Below, piece after piece: positions 18,016-27,648 of a stretch of 64,000 nucleotides of DNA. This stretch comes from a virus (taxonomy: Duplodnaviria > Heunggongvirae > Uroviricota > Caudoviricetes), in IMG/VR virus record IMGVR_UViG_3300021387_000529, positions 64,001 to 128,000 of that record; one strand, written 5' to 3'. The notes beneath the pieces are model-generated. The model was given only the letters and a program-made list of their open reading frames with translations, was not told the DNA's origin and ran no database searches. How positions within the stretch are numbered: the stretch's first letter is position 1; each line of letters starts with the position of its first letter. The position numbers and the translations under genes were made by a program.

Positions 18016-18657
18016 ATGGCAAAGAAGAAGGAAAGTGAAGATGGAACAAATTTGGGAAGACGGAACGGAAACATATCTGGTAAATCTGAAACACCCAAGT
18101 CTAAAAGAAAGACTAAAGCGGAAATTGCTGAAGCTAAAAGAATACGTGAGCAGCTTAAAGCTGAAAGAGAAAGAAAAAAGGCAATGAAAGCCGCTGAGGC
18201 TGAAGCCAAAGCAAAAAAGAAAGCTGAAAGAGAAGCGAAAAAAGCAGCAAAAGAAGCTGCCAAAATCGAGAAAGAAAACGCTAAAATTCAAGCTGAGAAG
18301 AATGCAAAAGACATTGCAACTATCACAAAGAAAATGAAAATTGCTTCGGATGCGGCATTCTATCCTGATAAAAAAGAAGTTGAAGTTATTCACTCATTGT
18401 TTAATGAAAAAACAACTGAGAAAGTTGACATCTCAAAAAGAATTGTTTTACAGTATTACAAAAACCGTGAATTTATGATTTATGAGATGAAAGGCGATGA
18501 ATATACTTTTAGACTTGAGTCTGATGTATATTTCTTCAATAAGAAAACAAACTTTATAGTATGCTTTGGACCAGTTTTTACAAGTGCTCTTACCAAAGAA
18601 AATACACCATGGAATTATGAAAAACTTCTAACAGTTAGAAAGAAGAAGACAAATTAG
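18016..18657 (+). CDS. Lys/Ala/Glu-rich hypothetical protein
   Basis: GAGG SD; charged helical repeat region. Confidence 0.65.
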   Translation: MAKKKESEDGTNLGRRNGNISGKSETPKSKRKTKAEIAEAKRIREQLKAERERKKAMKAAEAEAKAKKKAEREAKKAAKEAAKIEKENAKIQAEKNAKDIATITKKMKIASDAAFYPDKKEVEVIHSLFNEKTTEKVDISKRIVLQYYKNREFMIYEMKGDEYTFRLESDVYFFNKKTNFIVCFGPVFTSALTKENTPWNYEKLLTVRKKKTN

Positions 18658-20146
18658 ACTCATACATGTTTACGAGCTTCTCAGCGATTTCTTCTGAATA
18701 TCCTGTCAAGCTCGCAATTTTTTCTACATCACCTTCAATAATCAATTTACGTATCATTGTTCCAGACACATTATTTTCGCCTCTATCTGTAAGAACATTT
18801 TTCTCAGGGAAAGTTGTGTTTAAGTCTGTGTTAAAGTCTGGGTATTTACTGAGCATATCAGCTCTGTCAGGACCAACTACGAAAACTGGACGAATTTTAT
18901 TTCCAAATGTGCTAACAGCTGCTTTCAAGACTGAAACGCACATTCTGCTTGGAGAGTCTGGGCGAATAAGAACAGCTTTTCCTTCAAACTCATTTTCTTT
19001 CATAAAGTCATTGATAATTTCAACGCGCTGCTGAGGCGTGAACATATTTCTGTCTTTATCGAAAGGCTGTTTGCTATCTGGAACTCCAACTATGAATTTG
19101 TTTGTTAGGCCAGTCATTGCTGTAAACATTCTTCCATGTCCTTTTGGACCAGTGAATGGCGCAAAATGTCCCATCAAACATGCAACTGGCTTGCAATCTG
19201 GGCCAATATGGTTTACTAAAATTTCACGTGCCATATGTTGAACAGGCCAAACACCAGTTTTTTCAGGAATAGGAACATCATCACCTTTTGAATTAAACTC
19301 AGCAAACTTTTCCTTAAACTTTTCAGAAGTCATTTTGAAAGTCATTCCATTTTTGCAGCTTACGACTAGGCCTTCATAAAAGTCGCCATATTTTGATGAT
19401 GTAAAATGGTCTGTCAAATATGCTTGCAAAGCTTGCTGCTTTTCTCGAAGAAAGGCAATAATTTCTTTATTTTTTGGGTTAATGATGCCAACTTCATCTG
19501 TGTAATTTTTGAGCTCACTGTCAAACTCACTGATAAATCCATTTAAGTTGATTGGCTCAAAATCAATTTTAGTGTCTGTGATAGGACGAACAATAAACTC
19601 ATTTGTGTCAAGACATGCACAGCATTCTTTCAAAAGCTCAGCTTGGTTTGGAAGTGGCTGCAAGTCATCACCAATAACACGAACAATAAATGCTCCACCT
19701 TTTGAGCCAAACATTTCTTTTTTATATGGAACTAAAATAACTTGTAAGTCTTTTGAAGAGCGTGAAAACTCAGCAAGAAGCATTTCAATCTGAACACGAA
19801 TGCAATTTTGCTTATATTTCTTTCTAAGCTCATCAAGATAGGCTGGAAAAGTGCCATTGTCAACAATCTCTAAAAACGCAGCAGCTTTTCCATTTACGCC
19901 TTCTGCATCATTTTTTCTAAAGTTTTGACTGTAACCACATTTGCTTACGAAAATGCCTTCATCATCATAGCCAACAACAGTTGTTGAGCCATCAATTTTT
20001 TCAGATACATTGAATGCGTCTTCTGAAAAAATATTTCCATTTTCTTTGATGTAGTCTATCAGCTCAAGAAACTCAACTGGCTTCATCTGTGTAGACTTAT
20101 TGAAATTAAACAAATGTGAAAGATGTGTTTTTCCAGCTGTAGCCAT
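18635..20146 (-). CDS. Ligase-like nucleotidyltransferase fused to a cytidyltransferase-like domain
   Basis: KTHLSHL, SEKIDGS (KxDG), EGLVV, FKM; then GHFAPFTGPKGHG, GPDR, VSGTMIR. Confidence 0.7.
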   Translation of the reverse strand: MATAGKTHLSHLFNFNKSTQMKPVEFLELIDYIKENGNIFSEDAFNVSEKIDGSTTVVGYDDEGIFVSKCGYSQNFRKNDAEGVNGKAAAFLEIVDNGTFPAYLDELRKKYKQNCIRVQIEMLLAEFSRSSKDLQVILVPYKKEMFGSKGGAFIVRVIGDDLQPLPNQAELLKECCACLDTNEFIVRPITDTKIDFEPINLNGFISEFDSELKNYTDEVGIINPKNKEIIAFLREKQQALQAYLTDHFTSSKYGDFYEGLVVSCKNGMTFKMTSEKFKEKFAEFNSKGDDVPIPEKTGVWPVQHMAREILVNHIGPDCKPVACLMGHFAPFTGPKGHGRMFTAMTGLTNKFIVGVPDSKQPFDKDRNMFTPQQRVEIINDFMKENEFEGKAVLIRPDSPSRMCVSVLKAAVSTFGNKIRPVFVVGPDRADMLSKYPDFNTDLNTTFPEKNVLTDRGENNVSGTMIRKLIIEGDVEKIASLTGYSEEIAEKLVNMYESNLSSSF

Positions 20147-20147
20147 A

Positions 20148-21593
20148 TTATTCGTCGTCCTCCATAAACTTCATAATTCTATCAGCATGAGCTGCCCAAT
20201 CAGCTTGTCGTCTTTCATTACGAGCGCGTTCTCTTTCTTCTTTTTCTTTTGCTTTTGCTTCAGCTCGTGCAATAGCATCTGGATTTTTTAATTGACGTTT
20301 TGCTTTTGGAGCTGGCTTTTCAGTTAAAACAGTTTCCCACCAATGTTGGCCGTGATAGACTGGAGAAAGCCTTTCATATGTAGCAAGGTCTGGAGTCCAA
20401 GATGGTTTTTTCTCATCAGTTGTAACATCAAAACCTTGTAAACAATCATCTTGAATTTCGCAGCCAATTACACGAGCTGTGCCATCAAATTTTGTATGAA
20501 TATGTGACATTTCTTCATCATTCAAAATAAGGCCAGCAAGCTTAATGCCGCTTGTACATTCATTTGGATAGAAATCTGCAGGAATATCATGCAATTGGTA
20601 TGAGCTTCCAGCTTCAGAACCAATTTTTACGCCAGCATCAAGTTTGTTGATTTTGAAACCAATTCGTGTCAAAGCCTTCAAGAATGGGTCATTTGGTGTA
20701 AGACGCAAGAAGTGCTTGTAACCATCAACTTGTGGCAAATTAGAACGGAAACGGCAATCAACTGTCTTATCATCATGAATAACAACATTACTGAATACGC
20801 CACCAGACATGCCTTCTGAACCATCATCAGCTGATGAGAATTTTGTAAACATACGATAGATGTATTCTTTTGCTTTTGTTTTGTGGCCGTCAAAAATATC
20901 TTCAGCATCATCACGATTGTCATCGACTCTTGCAATATAGTCTTTATATTCTGGCGAATTTTTATCAACTTCTTTCCAAGTTTTTCCTTCATCATTTGTG
21001 AAACGATTTGGAATAAGCGCATAAGAGTCCCAACCAACGTAAGTACGGCCGTCATTTTTTCCTTTGTAAACAAAACCAGCACATGGGCAGTTGATTGAAC
21101 CACGAGCATTTTGGTAATAAATGCGGCTCATAAAACGATAGAAAGCTTGAGCTGAACGAGATGAGAAACCTTCATCTTCTTTTGGTGTCAATTCAACAAG
21201 CTGCTCTTCTGTCAAAAATTTATCAATTCCGAATTCTTGGAGTTGTTCACGAATAAACCACTCACGAGATGCACCTTTTCCACGTTCAGTTTTAATGTAG
21301 TCATCATATTCGAAGAATAAAACTTTATCAGTTGGAATAATAAACTCGAAACAGTTTGAGCCATACAAATTGTTACGAACGCCATCTGAATAACCAATCT
21401 CTGCGGCGTCTTTATTATCAAAAGGATTTGACAATATTGCATAAGTTCCGAAACCATAAGCAGAGCCTGCATTCAATCCATATTTGATTTCACGATTGAA
21501 ATAGTATTTAAAAATGTCTTGTTCTTTAGAAGATGAATAAACATACAAGTATTTTCCATCTCCTGAAACTTCTTCTCTTAATTTTGTAGCCAT
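20148..21593 (-). CDS. hypothetical, probable virion-internal protein (possible ADP-ribosyltransferase-like N-terminal domain)
   Basis: N-terminal KLREE; G.AYG.G.Y...YG pattern; ACTAA-N6-ATG start. Confidence 0.5.
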   Translation of the reverse strand: MATKLREEVSGDGKYLYVYSSSKEQDIFKYYFNREIKYGLNAGSAYGFGTYAILSNPFDNKDAAEIGYSDGVRNNLYGSNCFEFIIPTDKVLFFEYDDYIKTERGKGASREWFIREQLQEFGIDKFLTEEQLVELTPKEDEGFSSRSAQAFYRFMSRIYYQNARGSINCPCAGFVYKGKNDGRTYVGWDSYALIPNRFTNDEGKTWKEVDKNSPEYKDYIARVDDNRDDAEDIFDGHKTKAKEYIYRMFTKFSSADDGSEGMSGGVFSNVVIHDDKTVDCRFRSNLPQVDGYKHFLRLTPNDPFLKALTRIGFKINKLDAGVKIGSEAGSSYQLHDIPADFYPNECTSGIKLAGLILNDEEMSHIHTKFDGTARVIGCEIQDDCLQGFDVTTDEKKPSWTPDLATYERLSPVYHGQHWWETVLTEKPAPKAKRQLKNPDAIARAEAKAKEKEERERARNERRQADWAAHADRIMKFMEDDE

Positions 21594-21627
21594 ATTAAAT
21601 TAGTAATTGTTCATTAATATTATATCC

Positions 21628-22140
21628 ATGGTAGAACATAATATTTATGATAAAGAACATTTAGGCAGATTTTGTTATCTGTCATCAGGTTGGTTTAAGG
21701 ACAAAACTCCAAACTCACAGGATGTTAACGCTCAGGAAAGAACACGTTTAACAGTTTATGCAGCTCTTGCAAAACACAAGATTAACATTTTCAGCCCAAA
21801 AGACGAAGCTGTTGTTGGTGAACCTGGAGCTCCACTTGGTAAAAAGATTCTCGACGCAAATGTCAAAGCAATCGATGGCGCGACTTTCTGTATTGTAAAT
21901 ACTGAAGGCAAAGACATGGGAACTCTTTTTGAAGCTGGTTATGCGTACGCAAAGCACGTTCCAATTATCTATTATTGGGAACATGCCAATCCAGATGATA
22001 AGTTTAATCTTATGTTGGCTTTTAGTGGCGTTACTGTTTGCTCATCTGAGAAAGAGCTGAATGAGTTCTTGGATTTGCTCGTTAAAGAAAACTTTAACTT
22101 TAAAAAATGCGAAAAAGAATTCGAAGGAAATATTGAATAA
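21628..22140 (+). CDS. nucleoside 2-deoxyribosyltransferase / nucleotide N-glycosidase family
   Basis: YLSSGWF, FSP, D.GT.FEAGYAYA..VPI, NLML. Confidence 0.85.
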   Translation: MVEHNIYDKEHLGRFCYLSSGWFKDKTPNSQDVNAQERTRLTVYAALAKHKINIFSPKDEAVVGEPGAPLGKKILDANVKAIDGATFCIVNTEGKDMGTLFEAGYAYAKHVPIIYYWEHANPDDKFNLMLAFSGVTVCSSEKELNEFLDLLVKENFNFKKCEKEFEGNIE

Positions 22141-22146
22141 ATATTT

Positions 22147-22175
22147 TTGAACTTCTCTGAATGTTTTCATATATT
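22147..22175 (+). promoter_or_regulatory. Class I promoter
   Basis: TTGAAC-N17-TATATT. Confidence 0.8.
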
Positions 22176-22211
22176 ATATATGTAAAAAATATTCAGAGAG
22201 GTAATCTACAC

Positions 22212-23024
22212 ATGAGTACAGTTACAGAATTTGAAATTGCAGAATGCAGACTTAGTAAAATCATTTCTAAAAATACAGCAGCGCCAGTTTCTTGGTACCA
22301 GGCACCATATTATGGTGACGCTTCAGTTGACACTGCAGGTGGTTACAATGGCATGTGTAAGATTGCATACAATTTCCGTATGCCAATGAAGAAAGGCTTT
22401 TATACAAAAGCAACAAACCTTCTCATCCACATTGCCTCAAACCATGGTGAAACACCTTCAGAAATTCGCAAAGCTCTTCAAATCGAAGAAAATTACTGCT
22501 CATCGTTGTTTACAAATGCCAAACTTTGGATGCTCATCAAATCAGAAAAAGGTAAATACTACATCACAAGTACAGGCCTTAAATATCTCGAAAAAATGGT
22601 TGGCATCAAATACTACAAAGTAAGATATTATAGTTGGAAAGATGGTCATGTTTGTACACGTTTCCATACAAATCTTGACACACCAGGAAAGGAAGTTCGA
22701 TACACTTATGATGATGGCCGCGTGTCATTTTATGTAAATAAAGATAACAGCATGTCATTTAACGCAAAAGCAGCTAAAAATGACAAGAAAGTTCAAACTG
22801 CAATTGCTGATATGACTTCCGTTGACACTAAAGCGAAACAAAGATACGAAGAAATTGGCAATGAAATTAGTGATCTTCATAAGCAGATTGCTATGCTCCA
22901 GAAACAGCGTGAAGACATCACTGAAGAGCTGAAACGCGGCCGTTACATCAAGTTGAACCTTGATGGCCGCTACAAAAAAGAAGAACTCACAAAAATCTTC
23001 AACGAGATTTTGGATAATTATTAA
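22212..23024 (+). CDS. winged-helix domain protein with a C-terminal coiled coil
   Basis: IA..HG.T..EI...L...NY.S..F...Y.IT..G pattern shared with 37214-37834. Confidence 0.6.
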   Translation: MSTVTEFEIAECRLSKIISKNTAAPVSWYQAPYYGDASVDTAGGYNGMCKIAYNFRMPMKKGFYTKATNLLIHIASNHGETPSEIRKALQIEENYCSSLFTNAKLWMLIKSEKGKYYITSTGLKYLEKMVGIKYYKVRYYSWKDGHVCTRFHTNLDTPGKEVRYTYDDGRVSFYVNKDNSMSFNAKAAKNDKKVQTAIADMTSVDTKAKQRYEEIGNEISDLHKQIAMLQKQREDITEELKRGRYIKLNLDGRYKKEELTKIFNEILDNY

Positions 23025-23054
23025 TCTAAAATACATAAAATGAGTTTCATTTTC

Positions 23055-23077
23055 AGCACGGAATTATTTTCCGTGCT
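23055..23077 (+). terminator. intergenic hairpin (possible terminator)
   Basis: AGCACGGAA/TTCCGTGCT; weak U-tract. Confidence 0.45.
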
Positions 23078-23116
23078 ACTTCTATCTTAAAACATCAAAA
23101 AGGACTCTTCAAAGAT

Positions 23117-23746
23117 ATGGAAAGAGAAGTTATTGAAAAATTACTCGCCAATGAAGACCTTACACATTTTGCAAAATCAATTGACAAATTGCGATTTATT
23201 ACTCGTTATGCAACAGCTCCACGTTCTTCTCGTGAGTCAGTTGCTGAGCATTCATACTATGTCGCAGCTTATGTCTTGAAACTTGCGCAGTATTACAACT
23301 TTGATGTAACAAAAGCGCTTGCACTTGCTTTGATGCATGATTATTCTGAAGCTTACATTTCAGATGTTCCTCATCCTATTAAAGCACAAAATCCAGACTT
23401 AGCACTTGCACTTGAGAAAGCAGAAGAAAAGGTCGTGAAAGGTCATCTCAGCGATATGATGGCAGAAATCCTCGGTGAGTTTAATGCACTTTCTGGACCA
23501 GAAGGTTTGGTTTGCGTATTAGCTGATGTAATGTCAGTTGTATCATACGCAAAATATGAGATGGAGCTTGGAAATAGTTCTTACATGAAACAGGTTTATG
23601 AAAGAACAAAACCTCGTTATGAGTCTATTCTCAAACAACTATCAGAATATGCAAAAGGCGAAACAGAAGCAAAAAAGAGAGAAATAAGCATCTATATTCG
23701 CAGCCAAATTGATGATATTTTCATCTCAAGAATTGAAAATAATTAG
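23117..23746 (+). CDS. HD-domain deoxynucleotide phosphohydrolase (YfbR/DatZ-like)
   Basis: RY, ESVAEHSY, LMHDYSEAYISDVP.PIK, AD. Confidence 0.85.
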   Translation: MEREVIEKLLANEDLTHFAKSIDKLRFITRYATAPRSSRESVAEHSYYVAAYVLKLAQYYNFDVTKALALALMHDYSEAYISDVPHPIKAQNPDLALALEKAEEKVVKGHLSDMMAEILGEFNALSGPEGLVCVLADVMSVVSYAKYEMELGNSSYMKQVYERTKPRYESILKQLSEYAKGETEAKKREISIYIRSQIDDIFISRIENN

Positions 23747-23797
23747 GCTTCGTTGAAGTCTAAAAGATATTTACATAGCAAAGGAGAAAAATGCTAT

Positions 23798-24103
23798 ATG
23801 GTTATGTACGAAAGTGATGGTTCAACACTTAATTTGAATTACGGTGAAACAGTTCCTGGAGCAGCAGAGGTTATTCGTGATATTCTTAATGCTCCAATCG
23901 ACCATGAGATAAAGGCTTCTCGTAAGAGAGTTTCTTTGAATGAAACTACATTGACAATTTCGGCCAAACTTGGAAAGAAAGCTCTTGAAGAGGTTATTGA
24001 AGCTGTTGCTCCAAAAGGTTTTAAGAAGATTGAAAAGGCAAAAGTCTTGTCGTTCTCAACGCCTGATGTTGAAACTTCAGAGCAGGCATCTTTGATGCGT
24101 TAA
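23798..24103 (+). CDS. hypothetical protein
   Basis: AAGGAG SD upstream. Confidence 0.6.
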   Translation: MVMYESDGSTLNLNYGETVPGAAEVIRDILNAPIDHEIKASRKRVSLNETTLTISAKLGKKALEEVIEAVAPKGFKKIEKAKVLSFSTPDVETSEQASLMR

Positions 24104-24125
24104 TATAAAATAAAAGGAGAATTTT

Positions 24126-25124
24126 ATGGGAAAATTTGTACCTGGTTATGAAAGCATCAAAGTTAAGCTTTTGTCATATGCTGGAAATGACCTTGGCCGC
24201 CAATGTTGTGAGTTTGGCCAGAATGCAGAGTTTTATGTTCCATTGAAAAATGGTTATTCACCAGATGACCCTCAGTGTAAGAAAATTGCACGTCAGATTA
24301 CTGAAGGAATGACATTCCCTAAGTATGCTTTTGAGGGCACTAACATTTCATTCCAGATTGAAGGAATCTCACGTGTCAATCTTGCTCAGCTTACTCGTGA
24401 AAAAGGCTTCTTCTGTTCTGCTTCAGGTGGTGTTCGTCCTCTTACGCAGGAATTTGTCACACCTCGCTTTATCTACAATCATCCTGAATGGATGAAACGT
24501 CTTGAAAAAATTGAAGATGAAATCGAAAGTCTTTACGTTGACATGATTCAGGGCGGCACTTCATACGTTGATGCACGTTATTTTGGTTTTCATGCACAGA
24601 CAATCAACATCACATACTGCTCAACCTTGAAAGATTTCTTGATGTGTGTAAACAAGCGCACTGAAAACAACTTCGCTGATGAAATCAATTACTTGTATCG
24701 TTTGATGTTCAAAGCACTTCGTGATGCAATTGCAAAAGATGTTACAGACCCACTTTCAAAGCAGCTTTGGGATTGGCTCATTAAAATCTTCGCAATGCCA
24801 AAACGCATGTGTAAAAACTTTACATACAATAATGACTTCAAGCTCGTTCCTGAGCCTGAAGGATTTAAGTTTGAAGAGCCAGCACACAATGATTGGACAA
24901 CATCATCTTGGAAACTTGAGCTTGAAAGGATGTACAAAGAAGAGCCAGATTTACTTTTCCCTGGCGAAAAAGAGATGATTGAAAAATGGATGGAAGCTGA
25001 AAAGAGAGGCGAGAAATTGCCAACAACTTATGACCCTAAGTTTGAGCTTTCACCAGTACAGCTCATCAAGAAAGCTGACTACTTTGACAAAGGCACTGTA
25101 AAAGAAAATATTTACGGCGTATAA
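24126..25124 (+). CDS. divergent ThyX-fold (flavin-dependent thymidylate synthase-like) protein
   Basis: FE..N..F.IEGISR...AQL.R, G....DARY, F....R; the canonical RHR-x7-S motif is replaced by REKGFFCSASGGVR. Confidence 0.7.
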   Translation: MGKFVPGYESIKVKLLSYAGNDLGRQCCEFGQNAEFYVPLKNGYSPDDPQCKKIARQITEGMTFPKYAFEGTNISFQIEGISRVNLAQLTREKGFFCSASGGVRPLTQEFVTPRFIYNHPEWMKRLEKIEDEIESLYVDMIQGGTSYVDARYFGFHAQTINITYCSTLKDFLMCVNKRTENNFADEINYLYRLMFKALRDAIAKDVTDPLSKQLWDWLIKIFAMPKRMCKNFTYNNDFKLVPEPEGFKFEEPAHNDWTTSSWKLELERMYKEEPDLLFPGEKEMIEKWMEAEKRGEKLPTTYDPKFELSPVQLIKKADYFDKGTVKENIYGV

Positions 25125-25131
25125 ATGAAAG

Positions 25132-25151
25132 ATGGGAGCTTCGGCTCCCAT
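25132..25151. terminator. hairpin between convergent genes
   Basis: ATGGGAGC-TTCG-GCTCCCAT (UUCG loop). Confidence 0.75.
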
Positions 25152-25158
25152 TACTATT

Positions 25159-25299
25159 TTATAGTGTATATGGCACAAAAATAAGTTGAATTAAAAACTT
25201 CAATAATTCAAAACCGAACATAACTGTAGCAGCTATCAAAGAAAGAATTCCAACAACAATTCCAGAAATTATCAAAATTTTCTTTTTAGTCTTGGTCAT
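25159..25299 (-). CDS. small membrane peptide
   Basis: MTKTKKK followed by a hydrophobic helix. Confidence 0.45.
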   Translation of the reverse strand: MTKTKKKILIISGIVVGILSLIAATVMFGFELLKFLIQLIFVPYTL

Positions 25300-25498
25300 A
25301 AACAGCACCTTCATACAAGTCACGAGCTGCATCCCAAGCTGCCTCATCAGCTGCTTCTTCACTCATATTTTTATCAAAATATTCTTCAGCAGTGTTTGAA
25401 TATCCATCTTGTATTTCTACGTCCTCAGCATCCATTTCATCAACTAAGTCATAAAAATGGTCTTTAACTAAGTCACAAAAAGTATTAAAATCAAGCAT
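25286..25498 (-). CDS. small acidic hypothetical protein
   Basis: ATG at 25498 in an ACTAT-N6-ATG context. Confidence 0.55.
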   Translation of the reverse strand: MLDFNTFCDLVKDHFYDLVDEMDAEDVEIQDGYSNTAEEYFDKNMSEEAADEAAWDAARDLYEGAVYDQD

Positions 25499-25513
25499 AT
25501 TAATATAGTATAT

Positions 25514-25942
25514 ATGAAGAAGTATTATACTGTTATTTTTGAAGGAATAGACAAAACTGGTAAAGACCAGCTTGCTCGTTATGTTGATGAAATTTGTGGA
25601 CATGATATGTGTCTTCCACGAAGAGGAATTGTATCAAATGTTGCATACGCAAAATTGTATGGCCGTGAAGCTCCAGAATATGATTTGAGCAACCATAAAC
25701 ATGAGATTTATGTTCTTTTACGTTGCTCAGATAAAACTGACTGGAAAATGAGATGCAAGCTTACAAATGAGCCAGCAATTGATTATGAAAAAAATGTTGA
25801 AGTTTTTGAAACAACTTGGGATTGGTTTAAGACAGTACATGACCCAAAACTTTGTTTTGAATATGATACATGCAAAATGACACCAATTCAGATTGCACGT
25901 GATATTGTTGCTCGTGTAAATATGCTTAACGGCAATAATTAA
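25514..25942 (+). CDS. dNMP kinase (thymidylate kinase-like)
   Basis: VIFEGIDKTGKD P-loop; R...SN.AY..LY.R. Confidence 0.75.
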   Translation: MKKYYTVIFEGIDKTGKDQLARYVDEICGHDMCLPRRGIVSNVAYAKLYGREAPEYDLSNHKHEIYVLLRCSDKTDWKMRCKLTNEPAIDYEKNVEVFETTWDWFKTVHDPKLCFEYDTCKMTPIQIARDIVARVNMLNGNN

Positions 25943-26549
25943 GAATACTTTCGAAAAGTTTAGACTCTTTTACAGGCTGCTGCGGATTTTTCTGGCAGCC
26001 TAATTTCTGCAATATTTCTGGTATAAAGTTTTTCAAATTAGAAGCCGCATTCCAGATATGCTTACACATTTGCTGACCAATTTTTCCACCTGCATTTGCA
26101 TGGCGAGCTTGCCATGTTCCTTTTCCATGCGTACCAATGAAGTCGAAATATGAAGTCTTTTTATAGTCATCGCCTTCATGCATTCCTTGCCAATAAAAAG
26201 CTGGACAGTCACAAAAAACTTTTACATCACAATTTTTGAAAATTTGTGACATATATTGTTGGCCTTTCTGAAGACCTTGAGTTTTCCAATCTTTTGGCAA
26301 TATTTTATCTATATTTAAGAATGAGAGACGAACGACATATTCTCTTTTCAAGAATGGCTGAGGATTACCCTTCAAGTCTACGTGTTTATTTTCATTTTTA
26401 GATGACTGTACACCAATAATCAAATCAAGCTGTTTTCCATTTTCTGATGCTGAAACTAAAAAAGCACCTCCAAGTCCATATTTATTCATAGCACCCATTG
26501 TGATGCCTGAAATGCTCATTTGATTTAATGTATATTCACGTAAAGTCAT
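25926..26549 (-). CDS. SWIM-type Zn-finger protein
   Basis: VKVFCDCPAFYW...CKH. Confidence 0.65.
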   Translation of the reverse strand: MTLREYTLNQMSISGITMGAMNKYGLGGAFLVSASENGKQLDLIIGVQSSKNENKHVDLKGNPQPFLKREYVVRLSFLNIDKILPKDWKTQGLQKGQQYMSQIFKNCDVKVFCDCPAFYWQGMHEGDDYKKTSYFDFIGTHGKGTWQARHANAGGKIGQQMCKHIWNAASNLKNFIPEILQKLGCQKNPQQPVKESKLFESILNYCR

Positions 26550-26630
26550 AAATATTTAGTTTCGTCATGCTATTACTATTTATAATGACAACAGCTATTA
26601 AATGCTGTTACATAGGAGAAACATGCATAT

Positions 26631-27245
26631 ATGTTGGCAGACGACATGATTACCACTGATATGTGGGAAAAAACCTTCCAGAAAAAATTTTCTAATTTCT
26701 GTACAAAATCCCCAGTTTTATTAAAAATGTCTATTAGAATTCAAGATGGAAATAAGGGCGTGCTCTTAAACCATGTTAATTCAGATAGGACATATTTCTT
26801 CCCATTTGACTATGACGCAAATGTAAAAGACTTTATTGCGAATATCAAACGTCTTTTAGTTGAAAATCACTATCCACGCTTAGTTCAAACTTTGTATGAA
26901 AATCACAAAAAGACTAATGAAGAACTAGCACAAGAACTTGAAAATGGCGAAAAAGTTGACTCTTTGACGCAATATTGTGTAAAGAAAACAGGTGAAAGAT
27001 TGTATCGTATCGACAAAGTTTTACCTTGGAAAAATATTGCAATTATCGTTCTTGAGCAAAGTTCTGTTCCTGGTGACAATGTCGGAACAGTTCTAAAATA
27101 TTCATATCAAAAGTCTTTGGTTTTATACCTGAAAAATTACCGCACTGGAGTTTTCAAAAATATTGACGAAGCTTCTGATGACTTCTTCAACAACAGTCTT
27201 TTAGTTTCTGAAATTACTGTTAATCCTAATAATAAAGAGGACTAA
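26631..27245 (+). CDS. hypothetical protein
   Basis: AGGAG SD; 204 aa ORF. Confidence 0.7.
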   Translation: MLADDMITTDMWEKTFQKKFSNFCTKSPVLLKMSIRIQDGNKGVLLNHVNSDRTYFFPFDYDANVKDFIANIKRLLVENHYPRLVQTLYENHKKTNEELAQELENGEKVDSLTQYCVKKTGERLYRIDKVLPWKNIAIIVLEQSSVPGDNVGTVLKYSYQKSLVLYLKNYRTGVFKNIDEASDDFFNNSLLVSEITVNPNNKED

Positions 27246-27246
27246 A

Positions 27247-27648
27247 ATGGAAACCATTATTTCTTTTATATTTTTTGTTATTATTGGGATTTCATGCTTT
27301 TTAATTTTGAGAAAACAATCAAAACTTGAAGACATGCTCAAAAAGCTCACAGTTGCTGGTGAAGAAATCTTCAACGATAATGAGTTGAATACAGTTTTCA
27401 TTCAAAAAGCTTTGGACACTTTATCTGAAGCCGGGTATGAACCTGATATTAGTGTTGATGAAAATGGCCAACGTTGGATTACAGCTAAAGTTGCTGAAAA
27501 CACAAATGTAAACACAATCAAACTTTCAAAAGAATTATTTCAGTCTAAAAACTTTGGCCCGATTGAGAAGATTTTGAAAAATGAAATCAATGAAGTTTTG
27601 CCTTCATTTGTAGAAAAAATTAAAGGAGAACAAAATGCTAAAAATTAA
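27247..27648 (+). CDS. membrane-anchored hypothetical protein
   Basis: N-terminal transmembrane helix. Confidence 0.65.
   Translation: METIISFIFFVIIGISCFLILRKQSKLEDMLKKLTVAGEEIFNDNELNTVFIQKALDTLSEAGYEPDISVDENGQRWITAKVAENTNVNTIKLSKELFQSKNFGPIEKILKNEINEVLPSFVEKIKGEQNAKN

Noticed and set aside
17986-18393. Antisense ORFs in the track (e.g. 17986-18393, 2248-2799, 29432-29962, 61871-62341)
   Set aside because: They are shadows of well-supported opposite-strand genes, with no SD or motifs.
23117-23746. Z-genome (diaminopurine) pathway
   Set aside because: The HD protein resembles DatZ/YfbR, but no PurZ is in the window, so the pathway cannot be claimed.
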